DNA of 64,000 nt from Massalongia carnosa (taxonomy: Eukaryota): positions 1,798,001 to 1,862,000 of the forward strand of contig OZ287076.1 of the NCBI GenBank assembly GCA_965645245.1, given 5' to 3'. The notes under the pieces are model-generated. The model was not told where the DNA came from. It did not search any database and saw only the letters and a list, made by a program, of their open reading frames with translations. The position numbers and the translations under genes were made by a program. Shown piece after piece: positions 49,152 to 61,943 of this stretch (position 1 is the first letter of the stretch; every line of letters starts with the position of its first letter).

Positions 49152-50178
49152 GTGGTTGCGACGTTCGGATGTTCGGGATGATGAGGGGAGGAGAAGAAGG
49201 GCAACGTTCTTTCAAGACGGGCGAAGCCCGTTGTCTCGTTCATCCGTTACGTTAGCGGGACGTGCCTACTAGATTAGAGTAGTGTGAGTCATGCTCCCTT
49301 GCTCCAGTAAGAGTCCCCAGTTCCGAGAAACCATCCCCCGTCCCATGAATATGTACCTTCTCTCCCCCACCCGTTCGCGGCTTGCGATGATGGACTCAGT
49401 CAGCCAGTTATTAGCACTCCATAACCCCCCTTCCTGGTAAAAACCTCAATAACTTACCTACTACGTGAGTGACTTTTTTTTTTGAATATTTTTTTTTGAC
49501 AGCACGATGGGCGAAAATCACGTTGTTTCTTTAACCCAATATGTAAAGTCGGCTTTTTTTTTTAAAAAAAAATTAGAAATAAAAAATTAAAAAGTCGATG
49601 AAATCAATCAATACTTGAAATTTTTTGATGATTACTAAAATATGTACTCCGTACGTATCCGGGGGGGGGTTCACTCACGTTGCTGACCGCCCCCCCCCCC
49701 GCCCCCCTTTTTTTATATTTTTTTAGTTGTGTACATACATACACATACATACATATACGTAATTCTAGCGTTCGGGTAAATTCCAGAGGGAGAGGAAAGA
49801 GCGGGGAGCTGAGGAGGGCGTTTTTATTTTATTTTTATGCGTGAACATGGTTTGGTCGTGAGTAAGCGATAAGATAGATAGCAGGTAGCTTGGCGGCATA
49901 TAAAATCGGGGGGGGGGGTTTATATCTATTCTATTCTATTCTATCTAGGTAGACAGTTAACTACCGATTTCTTTCCCGCTTCTTCGCTCACCAATTTAAC
50001 ACACGCCCCCCGGGAGCTTTTGCTTTCACCTCATGAACTGATCGCCGTCATCCGTTTTGGGAACACGCGTCGGAAACTTGATTGGGGGACTCGCTCGGGG
50101 ACCAGGGGGGCCCGTGAAGGGGAAATTCAAAGAAAAAGGGGCTTTGGGGGGGGGAGAGAATGAGCCGGAAAATCATGC

Positions 50179-51373
50179 CTAGACTATCTGGATCCCCGCA
50201 TCCATCTCCTTGTCGTCCGACCCCGCTTCTTCACTGTTCTCGTACAGCAGGCTGTCCAAATCTTCCATGTCCTCCGCCAACCATCCGAGGCTTGCGTCCA
50301 GTTCTATCTTCCTTAGCCGCTTCCACCGGCCTTTGGTGACCGCATCATATATCGGGCTCCAGCACAACTCGAGATCTGCAAAATCCGTCGACGACTTCCG
50401 CGTATCGGTATGGCGTATCCTGAGCTCCTCCAGCGGCAACGGATCGCCGAAATTAGGGTTAACCACGAAGAAGAAGAAGTGCTGGGTAAGATTCTCGGCT
50501 GGTAGGCTGAGGCGACGGAGCAGGGGAAGATTTGAGAGAAAGATGGCAAAGTCACTGGCCTTGACTTGCTTGAGATGGTGGGTAATCTCCAGGGTCAGTA
50601 GCTGAGAACCCAAAGTATGAAAGAGATAATCGAGGAACAGTTGGTCCACGCATGGACAGTCGTGTAGACTCAGGTTCGTTAAAGCAGGGGGACAATCGGC
50701 AAGGTAAGGAATCAGGTTGTCGGTGAGATTGCCGGATAAGTGGAGCTCACACAGATTCATGGGCCAAGAAGAGAGCGATTCTGTCTTCCAGTTTATCGCT
50801 CCCAATGACCGGGGAAAATGCAATGTTTGAAGTTTGTCGAGTTTACTAATGGCGGTTGAAAAGGGAACAAGATCAAGGGACTCCGACATATAGGATAGAT
50901 CCAGACAACGAAGATTGGTGCATTTTGACAACGCGGCAAGGCAGTTAACTCTACAGATCCTGTCAGTCAGTCACTGATCCATCCACGAGATTAAAAACCA
51001 CCCGATATACACACGCGAAAGATACCTGTGGTGCCACGAATTCTTCCAGTTGCCCCTTGCATCTTCCCAGGATCCTTGCCGTCAAGCTCTTGCTTCCATG
51101 GTGGATCAGTCTGCTCATGTCCAGTCTTCTAACCATCTCGGAAAGTCCATGTTTTCGGACATGGGCGTTGATGGAGGGACAGATGGCGCTGACGAAGAGT
51201 TTGAAATTTTTGCCTGTAATATACGGGCTTCTGTAGAGAACCTGCACGGCCGCTGGGTACCATGAGCGGGAGACCAGCGTGCAGGAGTGAAGGGTTGGTT
51301 GAGATTTTCGCGTCCGAGGCAGATTCGAGAAGATTTGGAGCAAGATCTCAGTTGGTAAATTTGGAGAGCCCAT
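50179..51373 (-). CDS. F-box/LRR (RNI-like) protein
   Basis: F-box LPTEILLQIFSNL..LHSCTLVSRSW; LRRs LRCLDLSYMSE, LQTLHF, LTNLSL; intron 50951-51014. Confidence 0.9.
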
Positions 51374-51587
51374 AACGATTCCGGGTGGCTGGAACTGTAC
51401 TCTGCTCTGTACTCCATGCTGTGTTAGATAATCTAATCAAGATAAGCGAGTTTACCGTCCGGGTAGGGTTCACAACTTTTTTTGGCCCCGCGTTAGTGCA
51501 AAAGTACCTGGAACAAAACTGCGTGACTGCTTATATAATTACTGAAGGTCTCCGGTAGAAATACCTTTCAGGGACATCACAACGGCC

Positions 51588-53067
51588 ATGACTCAACCGC
51601 ACGTAAAGCTTACAGCAGCTTGCGCAAAGCAGCTCTTGCACCCCAGATACCTGAAACGAAGGCTCCATTCGATCCACCCCCAGAGTACTACCTTTCAGGC
51701 TCCGTCTGCTAATCATGCAGAAATCCCCGACTTTGCATTTGCGTTTGAGTACAAACCTCCAACTTGATATCGAAGATTTAAGCTTTTCTTTAACATTCCC
51801 GTAGTATCGACGGAGTATTGCTCCGCAGTTCCAAGCCGCTTCCACGCGCACGGCAAACTCTAAGCTTCTTGCAAAAGCATCGCATTCCTTTCATCCTCCT
51901 CACCAATGGCGGTGGTCTCCACGAAAGCACACGAGTAGCGGAGCTCACGAAAGCGCTTAGACTTCCTCTCGATACCAGCATGTTTGTCCAGAGCCATACA
52001 CCTTTCGCCGAGCTGGTTCACGGCAATGAGCAGACAGCGGCTCTAAAGGACAAATGCATCTTGGTCACAGGTGGAAACCGTGATAATTGCCGGAAGGTAG
52101 CTGAAGAGTAAGGTTAGGCACCATTACATAAGCATTCATTTCCGAGCTCATTCACTCTCCATGCAGCTACGGCTTCAACCATGTTCTTGCCCCGGCAGAC
52201 CTCATAACCGCACATCCCGACCTCATGCCATTCGCCAACTCCAACGACTATGCTACCTATAGCCGTGCCCTTCAACGCCCAATCCAAGACTCTCGCTCGC
52301 CCCACCCCGATCCGCTCAAAATTGATGCAGTATTCATCTTTAACGACCCCCGTGATTGGGCCCTCGATATCCAGCTGATTCTTGACCTCCTTCTCTCCCA
52401 CGCCGGCATCCTTGGAACCCTCTCCCCCCTCAACAATGATTCCTCTTTGCCTAATCGGGGCTACCAACAAGATGGGCAGCCCCCGCTCTATTTCTCCAAC
52501 CCGGATTTATTGTGGGCCGCGAAGTACCATCTTCCGCGCCTTGGGCAGGGTGGGTTTCGGGAAGCTTTTGAGGGCGTCTGGAGGGCTGTGACAGGTGGCG
52601 AGGAAAATGGCGTCAAGTTGCAGAAGAAAATGTTTGGCAAGCCTTATCAGGCTACGTTTGAGTTTGCGGAAAAGCGACTGGTGGAACACCGCGAGTACCT
52701 GGCAGATTCCATCAATATGAAGCATCTCCCAAAGTTGAAGAGAGTCTACATGATCGGTGGTATGCAGCGTTTGTTTGCTCGTTTAATCATCTCATTCCTA
52801 TCGCCGCACGATTGGAAGTTAACGACTCGGATTCTAGATAATCCCGAAAGTGACATTCTCGGCGCAAATCAATATTCTAGTGTCGTCGGCAGTGCCTGGC
52901 ACTCCATCCTTGTACGTAGCGGTGTTTTCTCTGGCGGAGAGCCGGCTCATTCGCCCAAGGCCATTGTCGACGACGTATGGAACGCGGTCCAATGGGGCTT
53001 GAAAAGCTCTGGGTGGCAAGAACCATTGGGAACGGATGCCATTTGCGAGGATCGGTTGGTATCTTAG
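51588..53067 (+). CDS. HAD-superfamily IIA hydrolase, CECR5/HDHD5 (YKR070W-like), probably mitochondrial
   Basis: FAFAFD|IDGVL, FILLTNGGG, NDPRDW, FSNPDL, GKP, MIG|DNPESDI. Introns ~51749-51804, 52108-52167, 52760-52837; basic N-terminal presequence. Confidence 0.92.
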
Positions 53068-53896
53068 GGTTTGGCAAGGGTAAGTGTAGAGGTGAGTTGT
53101 GGGAAGGTCAGAGCTGTTCTACCTTGCTAGGAGACTAGAAACGGCAGAATGATCCATGTATTGTCGAACCTTAGGGAGTTTAACATTTGACACCGCGCAG
53201 GATTCTGGTACCCACCTTACGTTTCGCTTTCCCTTAAGCATGATGGCGAACATCCGTCCAACCTCAGCTACATAGTTTTGCTTTTTAGAATCCTCTGCTT
53301 TATAGGAAGGTGTTCGGCATTGTCAGGTCGGCTGCGACGAGAGACAATGCGCTGGTTGGGGATTGGATAGGATGAATCGATTTCTAGTAGGGAAATTTAT
53401 CCTTAAAACCTACTTGGTCACCTCGCTGTTCATATGGTTTAATGCTCTTCTGAAAAAAGCTAACAAATCCAGTGCATGCAGGTTTTCATGCTTACGGTTG
53501 CTTTATACTATAGTGAGATACTCCCAAGCCAAAGTACTCCTCCCATTCTCCATTCATTACTGACTATATAGGTATGGCTTCAGCAGCGTTACTCTATAGC
53601 TCACATACTAGCAATTAGGATATTTTCTACTGATAGCATTCATGCGCAACCCTGGACAGAAACTCCTGATCTAATCGTTTGTACTGCCGTGTTTGGGACT
53701 CGGCTAAATATGCGTGTCTATCAGGGTGCTTTTCCTAAACTCCATTTTCGCATCATGAGTTTACTTATTACAATGATCCCTCAGCCGTTCTCGCTATTCC
53801 TGAAGTCGGTCTCTTGCTTCCGATCTTTTACAGTGATGGCAAGGGTGAGGACATCCGAATCGGCATGAATTCAGTAAACTTGAGAATCGATTTTGA

Positions 53897-55098
53897 TTGT
53901 TGCAGAGACGCTCGGGGATTAATCACAGCATACCAGCTATCATTTCAAACTATCAAATCTTCGTTGACGCTGCACTTTCCACATTTCTTATCGGCGCCCA
54001 GTTCCATATCCCGTCTAGCGAAACCAGGACAACGGCCTATCGAGTTCTCCAGACTTGCGCTGATCCACATGGCATTAGAGGCTTTATCGCCTACGGGCTT
54101 ATGAATACCATTGATCATTTAGCCCTCGCTGGGGGCAATTTCCGCACATCCTTTACCCTATGTACATCTACCTATTTACTGTTGGTTTTTCATGAACAGA
54201 ACTTGATGGTCATCGGTGTCACCAGCCTCGATCCTAAAAACCCCCCGGACCATAATGAACGCCATATTCCGCACGCAATAATCCAAGTATTGCAGACTAG
54301 GTACGGTAAGTCGCATGCGAATGCTCAGCGAATCACTCGCGTTATAAAGACTCTGAGACTGTCGCTCGACTTGATGGTTCACAACCCTTTCATTAATTGG
54401 GCAGATCGCATGAGGGACGATCTGAGGGCCGAAGTCGACGTTTCAGGCCGGAGCACCAACTGCGATGCAACCTTTGGGAGCCCTGATCGAGTCGGTTGTA
54501 TAAAGGTAGTTTACGAACTCCCACAGTCGGGAAGTCTACGATTGAACCCGAGCGAAACCCCGCATTTCACAATTGTCGGTATGTTTTCTCAGTATCCCTC
54601 TTTACTACTTGAAGGTTCGCGTTTGATGGTCTGACCCGAACGCTGATTCCCAACATGGAAACAGCGCCGTTGCGATCGGCTTCCAAGGCGCCACAACCGT
54701 TGCGTGGACGTTAATCAAGACTGTAGTTGACGATTTGTTAGAAAGGTGTCTGGCTTCCCCCTTTGCGCCTCAAGCGGGAGGCGCTAGCATCAGCGCCTCC
54801 CCGCGCGGATTGAAACGGAAAGAGGTATCACGACCCGACGAATTATTCCTCCTCACTAACTTTCCCCAACAATAGTCGGATATACACCGTTTCCCGCGGG
54901 TATGGAAATCGCCATTTTACCGACAAACCCCCTTCTCCGGGCCCCGAACGGTACTTGCACGTGGGGGGTCATTTCCAGCCATCGCGGCGACATTAGACAG
55001 TGTCCTACGGATGGTGGATTTGTTGGAAACAAAGGAGCTTTCTTTGTAATGGAACACTCGGGATGTATGGAGGGGCATTGTTGATACCAGAAACGGTG
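53897..55098 (+). CDS. Hypothetical orphan protein (multi-exon, structure uncertain)
   Basis: 245-codon ORF 53897-54634 plus downstream coding-like segments after intron-like gaps (gtatgt ~54579; CTWGVIS..GDIRQCP in ORF 54902). No family recognised. Confidence 0.45.
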
Positions 55099-55566
55099 AA
55101 TAAGGCATTCACTATCTATTGACAACAAGCGACAACGAACAATGAAAAAATCGCAGTCCGTACCTTTTTCTTTATGCCTGCCTGCCTGCCTGCCTCCCTA
55201 TATGAACATTTCCCGCCCTTTCTTTCTTTCTTCCCATTATATCCCTTTTCCTTTATCTCATAATCACTATTCCTCCGCCCTTTCCCACCACCTATAAATA
55301 CCCCTCGCACGTCATCCCAAGTACAAAATTCTTTAAAAGCCCATCATTCTACATCTCATCACCAGCATCAGCATCTTCATCACGCTCCTACTACTACTAC
55401 CACTACCACCTATCTCCCACTCCCTAGATCCCTACATCAACCAACCAACCAGTCAAACCAAAAAAATCAACCCCCCTAACCGGCGTTCCGAGAACCCAAA
55501 ACATACCAGCAAAAAAAAAACCACCCCACCCACAAAAACCCCCTTTAAAACATCCCCTCCCAGAAA

Positions 55567-55884
55567 ATGAGTCCCATCAATCCCATCCTCCCCCCCCTCA
55601 TCCCCATCCTCCTCCACCCCCGCAACTTCACCCTGTCGCCCTCCCCCCTCCCGCCCCACTCCCCCAACACCGCCGCCCTCGTCGTCGCGCCCCAGAACCC
55701 AAACCTCGCCTCCGACCCGGCCGGAACCGCGGCCGCGGGGGGAACGGGAGGAGGCATGTCCCCCGAGGCGAGGGGCGGGATTGTGGCTGGCGCGCTGGTG
55801 GGCGGGGTGCTGCTTTGTTTGGTGCTGGTTTGGGCGTGTGGGAGGGCGAGGAGCAGGAGCAGGAGCAGGAGCAGGAGGGGGTAG
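55567..55884 (+). CDS. Small single-pass membrane protein with RS-rich tail
   Basis: Pro-rich N-terminus, GGIVAGALVGGVLLCLVLVWAC hydrophobic helix, RARSRSRSRSRRG; AAAATG start context and TATAAA at ~55293. Confidence 0.55.
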   Translation: MSPINPILPPLIPILLHPRNFTLSPSPLPPHSPNTAALVVAPQNPNLASDPAGTAAAGGTGGGMSPEARGGIVAGALVGGVLLCLVLVWACGRARSRSRSRSRRG

Positions 55885-58387
55885 AGGTATGATGGGGGGA
55901 TTTGGGGAGTTGGAAGTTGGGAGTTGGGGATTTTGCTTTATCTTTGGCTTTTTTGCTTTCGGGGGAAGATGGAAACGGGGAGAGAGATATGTACCGTGCA
56001 TATATACATGTATATGCATGCATGCTTAGAGGTAGAGGTAGAGGTAGAAAAAGAGAGAGATTGCGAGTAGAGAAAAACAGGGACAAGAAAGCCATTATTC
56101 TTTCTCTTTTGTTGCTTTAGTTTTTTATCTTGCTTGTGCTTTGTGTTTGTGCCTTCGTCTACCTTCCACTACCTTTCTCTACTACCCGCCCTTCCCCATC
56201 TACCCCCAATTTCCCGACCTAGCATCACCTCAGCTCACCCTCTCCTCCCTCTCCGTTTCCTTTTTTTCGCAAACAAATGTGCCTGCTGAGTTGGTGGCTT
56301 TGGAGGATGCGTCGGTCTTGATCCTGCCTGACGTTGAAAGGGGAAGGACGGGGGGACGTTTGAGACGGGATGGAGATCGGAGGGCTGGGGGGTTTTGGAG
56401 AGTTGGGGGTTTATTTTTGATGCACGAGGGGCTGCTGATTTCACGTGCGAAAGGGAGGTAGGTAATTAATGAATGATGAAAAAAAAAATTTTTTGTTTGT
56501 AGAAATGAACTTAATTGACTAGGTGACTAGTTGGTCAATCGATGATGGCTTTGTGAAAACGATCTTGTTTTTTTTTTTTTGAAAAAAAGTTCCAGTTCTT
56601 GAGCCTTTCCTTGAATGACGAAAGGGCCATCGGAACGGGAAAGAAGGTGACGGGTTGCAATATTGACGAGCTGCGCGTTGGGAATGACTGAGTAAGTTAG
56701 GTACGTGCATGGTTGATGAAAGGGGCAATGAAGCATGTATGGATTGTATTGCGTCATGCTCCGGCTCGGGAGAGTTGTTAGTATGTAGCTGGAGGTAGCG
56801 TGTGAGCGATCCAGCTGCTCCAGTGGGAAATGTGATGACAAGTGCCTGGTGATGGCTTCGAGTCACCTCGGAAGGGTTGTAATTAGGTCGGCAGGAGCTG
56901 CTGTGTTTGTGATAGCTAACCGTTAACCCTGCGCTAACCTGTACAAATCATACCGTGTGAAGCACTTTTTTTAACCCCCATAGACAACTAGTTTTTTCAG
57001 GAACCCGCTATCCGACACATTCCCATCGGTCCGTAGATGCTCCGTGAAAATCAACCTTGACATATTCACAGCTCGGTACTGTAAAAAACCAACTCCAACC
57101 GAGCAGCGTCCTTTGTCTCTTTTCAAATAAACAAAAAGCTCAACATGTTTCGATCAGTTCATGATGAATAGTTGTGCCTTGTTCATGGGATTCATGAATG
57201 GAAGAAAGGCAACAAGGAGGATAACAAAGCCTTCGAGATTTGAAAGATGTGAAAGGTAAAGAAAATGAGATTTTTTGGGAATTAAGAAAGCACAAACGGG
57301 ATGAAGGATCGGAGACGTTTGTTCTTATCAGTCAACTCTTTTAGCATTTTTTCCCTTCCCGCATCGAGAGGCCCTGTAAATCGCGCGGAGACTCGAAAAA
57401 TAATGTTACGTTGGCAGGGGTCTCGGTGTGTTTATCTGCTATGAAATACTCGCTGAAAGTTATGAGATTTTCATCCCTTAGAACGAGGATCAAACGATGA
57501 GACGCTGGAGGCTTTTTTTTTGGTATAAATGATGTCGTGTAGACGGAATCTGTGGTATTCGAAAGGTGCAGCTTCTCCAAGCACCACCCATCCCTTTCTC
57601 AAGCGCTACTCCTAGTTTTTTGCCCACCCCTACAAATGCCTCTCAAAAAAGCTCCTCACGGTGTGACACTGATATGTGGTGTATACACAAGAAGAAGGAC
57701 AGGGATTTGACACTCCAAAGATATTCAGAGAGTTTTCTGGCAACATTTGGCTTGGGCAGAGGGCCGTTTTGATAAACTAATAGATCGGTTATATTTCACT
57801 CCTAGTAGCCGGTTCTCTACATCTTATCTTGCATCTCGAGCCGGCCTTCTTCAAGCGATCGTTTACATTTTCCAAAGTTTTGATATCCCCCTTATTGCTT
57901 CCGGAATTCACACATTTTTATTTCAGTTCCTAGCTTTCCCTTATATCAGACTATTTCGAAAAGAACTTCAAGCAAATCATAGCAAGAAGCCAATTTAGGC
58001 GTTGTGTGGCATGGAATGTGATGTCAACGGCTCTCGAAAAGCATTGTAAGCCCATCAGTTTGTTGATACCCTTGTAGCTCAAGGCAACCTTGTTAGTACC
58101 CAACACATCGCGGAGGAACTTGTATATCATGATATGATCTTTCGGTTTATCCTTCCCAGCTCTTCTTCCGCTGGACTGTATCCGTATTATCGTGTGTCTT
58201 ACTCAAGCCTTACTGGTACTACCAGCCATCCAGAACACCATCCAGAACACCTTTCTATTGTCTTGACGCTCTGAAACATATTTTTGGCAGGAGAATCAAA
58301 GCTTCCCAATCACATGTCCATTTAGGTTAGTGTTTTATGCTTATTAGGATGACGGGAATGGGTTTCATTATCTAATATCCTCGAAGA

Positions 58388-61202
58388 ATGCAGTTCTGTT
58401 GCCCAAACCCTGCTCGGCTTTTCGGACCAGAACCAGACGACGACTATGATTTAGGTGATGCAGGATGCTATGACCTTCAGCAATCGACGACGTCTGGCAA
58501 CACCCGAAAGGACAATGGTAAGGATAGTAATCATAATACTTGTCGATCTAGGAGATAACTGTTGATTAGATAGTATATCCTTGGAGCAGGCTGTGAATGC
58601 CGCAGCCTATGCCATCGCCATAATAAGCTCAGAAGGTAGTAAGAAGACTCATCAAGAGCCTAGCGAGGGAACTCAAGATTTTATTGAGGAGGCTGACCTG
58701 GGGCCCGTCGACGAGCCCCTTCATGAACTCGGCGGGGAATATCCTTATATTTTTGGCCTCAATCCTGCTCAGGAGCTCTTAGGGGTGAATCATTTCGAGT
58801 TTGATGGCGAAGCTGTTGTTGAGCCTACCAAGAAAATTGATGAACCCCAGGAGGAAGTTCAACGGAGTTCTGAGTCAGTAAGTATTGCCGGAATATTTTT
58901 CTGATTTCAGTCCTCACCAACTAACAGATCTTCTTAGATATCTGATGATACTATCCAACAAGTTATATCAGCTATGGAGGAGGGACGTGTAGCCAAGTTT
59001 ATCTTGAATAAGGAAAATGGAAACCACGAGGTCTTTATCGAAACACTTGAATCGTCAGACAATAAGATTCATCAACTTGTAAGAGCTTTCGAAAATGGGA
59101 AGATGGTCCACTTCATGCCAAATAAGGAGAACGGAACACAAGAAGTCTTTCTGAGTGAAGATCCTCTCGAAAATTTTATGGAGTCATGCGGCGACACCGA
59201 GCAAAAAACTGTATCTGCGGCAAAAAACTTTGGGCAACTTATATCCGAGGGCCAGCAGCGGTTTTCTCTGAGAAGTTCAGCTTCAAACCCTATACTATCC
59301 TCGCTAGCTAGTCCGGTGAGTAGTGAATCTCTCAAAGAAGCCGAAGCCGATATAGCCGCAATCGCAGCGCTTTTTTCTGGTTTTGAGTATGAAGACTCGG
59401 ACAAGGAGAACAATGTGCCTTGTGATGATGCTTTTTTATCAAAGGAGCCCGAAATAAAAGAAGGGGAGAGCCGTGGAGGTCACCTGCAGGTTATACATCA
59501 AGGGGTTGTAAAAACTCTTTGGATCTCTCCAATTCCTCTCAACTATGAGTCCCGCTATGACAACCCATGCGATGAGGCGACCTCTTCCATACTGAATGTC
59601 AACGACGAACAAGATTTCAATCCTCCCCTTTTCGCCAATTCTTGTGGGGCCATTCCGAACGGGGCGCTCTCCCACGCTCCGAACCCTTGCATCGAAGAGT
59701 GCTCAGCAGAACTTAACGAAATCACATCAGCAGAAATCTTAAATGTATCAGAACCGGATGTATGGCATGGAGCAGAAAATAGACAGTCAACTGATGTTGC
59801 ATCTCTCGGCGCAATTCCATTAAGTGCTCTTGAAGCTGCTAAGATCCTTCGTCGGCCCGGATACTTGAAGTTCAATAGCTTTGCTCAGAGCTCCATGACG
59901 TTGAGTAAAAAGGCTCAAACTGAAGACCATCAGGTGGTGGCCTCCAATCTGGCAAGGAAAATCATCTTAGGTGGCTCGCAGACGTCACTCAATCTAGCTG
60001 AACCAATCGTGCGCGACTTTGCTTATCCTGCTGCTTTCACCTCAAAAGCACCCACGATTCAGGTGACTACCGGCTCACCTTCTCCTCCAGAGCCTATAAG
60101 TGATCCAGTGGATAACTTAATATGCGAGTCCAACTTTCAGATACCTTGTGATGAAATGGATGATCCTAAATATCCGTATGCTTTTTCAAAATACGGGTTA
60201 AGAATCATTTCGCTTTTCGCACCAAAGGCTGCAGCAGCTTTTCATAAGCTTAGGCAAAATCCTATGGAGGCTGCGATTACCCCTGTGTCGGGCTGTTCCG
60301 CTGATCAAGAGGCCACTAATCCACATTCATACAAAGCTTCCAAAACGTGTTTGAGAGACCACTTAGGAGACTTCTCGCTGAAACAAAATAATCATCACGC
60401 CAGGAACGAGAGACCTGTTCTTCCTCAATCAGATGATTCTGTCGAATCGAACTCGCCCACTGGGTCTGAAATAACGAAAATTCACCACACCCCGGACATA
60501 TTTAGCGAGCCTACGTTGGATAGCGCTGTTCAACAAATGCAACTGGGAGTTGCGCGAATCCAGCTGGAAGGGTATGTTGTTGAGGATTCGCCCGCTTCGT
60601 CTCCTATCTCAAGAGCTTCAAATATGTACGTGCCGGAAGGATCCACGCCTCAACAAGAGCTTATTCGAGCCCAAACCTTTGAGGTTGACCACTTTAAACC
60701 GAAAGACCACATGGTGAGCAGCCCGTCTTTACCCTTTGAAATCTCGATAAATGGTGCTACAGCGTCCTTGGTCGACTTGAAAAGTCTATCAGATCTGACC
60801 GCAAGCAGCAGCAGAAATCCATTAGACGACGAAGTGCTAAAACAGGATCCGCTTCGAGCCGCTCAATTTGCAGCTGCACTTGATAAGCTAGAAGGACGCG
60901 TATCGCCAGGTCCACCTTGTCCGGTCGTTCGTTACGTCAATCCAGAATTATATTACGGTGAGGATGTTGAGTTTGAGGGCAAGGGCCCAAAACTTGAACT
61001 TCCACAGCCTTTGAGATGGACTCGCCATATCGGCGGGGTGGGGCAATGGGAGGAGAGGATTGCTGATTTTCCCGGAGGTGGAGAAGGTTGGCGTTTGGCA
61101 ATGGGAGACGCATATGAGAGACCTATAAATCCAATCTCAGAGCGAGCCCGGTACGTTGGGGGGAATGTTTTCGTTTCAACCTCGAACTTGGGAGGTAGTT
61201 AG
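58388..61202 (+). CDS. Large acidic hypothetical protein
   Basis: 742-codon ORF 58974-61202 preceded by ORF 58581 and a probable first exon from 58388, linked by intron-like gaps (gtaagg ~58517; ctaac..ttag ~58921-58937). No family recognised. Confidence 0.7.
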
Positions 61203-61943
61203 TTGTTGGAATATCCTATATGAAGGGTAATTCGTCGCTGTGGTTTTGGAGAGAACAAGAGGGGGCTTTAGCCTTCATTTAGGAAAGAAACCTCGATAGG
61301 GTGATAGGCAGTGATAGCATATAATGAATAGACAGGCCTAGGAACGCGATATTGACTCCCACAGATGCGGCATAGATGAAAGGACTGGCATTAAAGCTAG
61401 GGATACGTACCACAACGCTAGAAAAAATACAGCACTATTTGAGGGTGGGCCCCATTCAAGGACGTACCTGTGACTGAGGTGTACTTTGTAGTCGAACCCT
61501 TAGAAGTCGATAACAGGGTCAAAATTTTCTTTTCGTCAGTCTGTGTGATGTTTGTGAAAGGTATTATCAAGTGAAGTTAGCGTGTGAAGTCAGCGTTTAG
61601 GCTAAACCAGCAGGTCCGTAGGACTACAATGACAGGGATGAGATGATAAGGGTGGCATGTATGACTGACGCTGGGATTGAACATGCAGCCAGTGCAAGGC
61701 GAGGGGAATCATGGAACTCTCCGTTCAATGCATCATGCGAGCTTGAAGGATAGGACGCGGTACTGTGGGGGAGAAAAAGCACTTGCCTTGAATGGCATGC
61801 TGGGCAACTGAACCAAGCAAAAAGGCGAAACACAATCGTGCAATGCAAAGCTAGCAGTGTCTGGTTTCTTGCCAAGACCAACCCATTTGTAACCCCCTTC
61901 GTGCCATGGCATATCATACGTTGCGTACTTCCTCTTACATACA

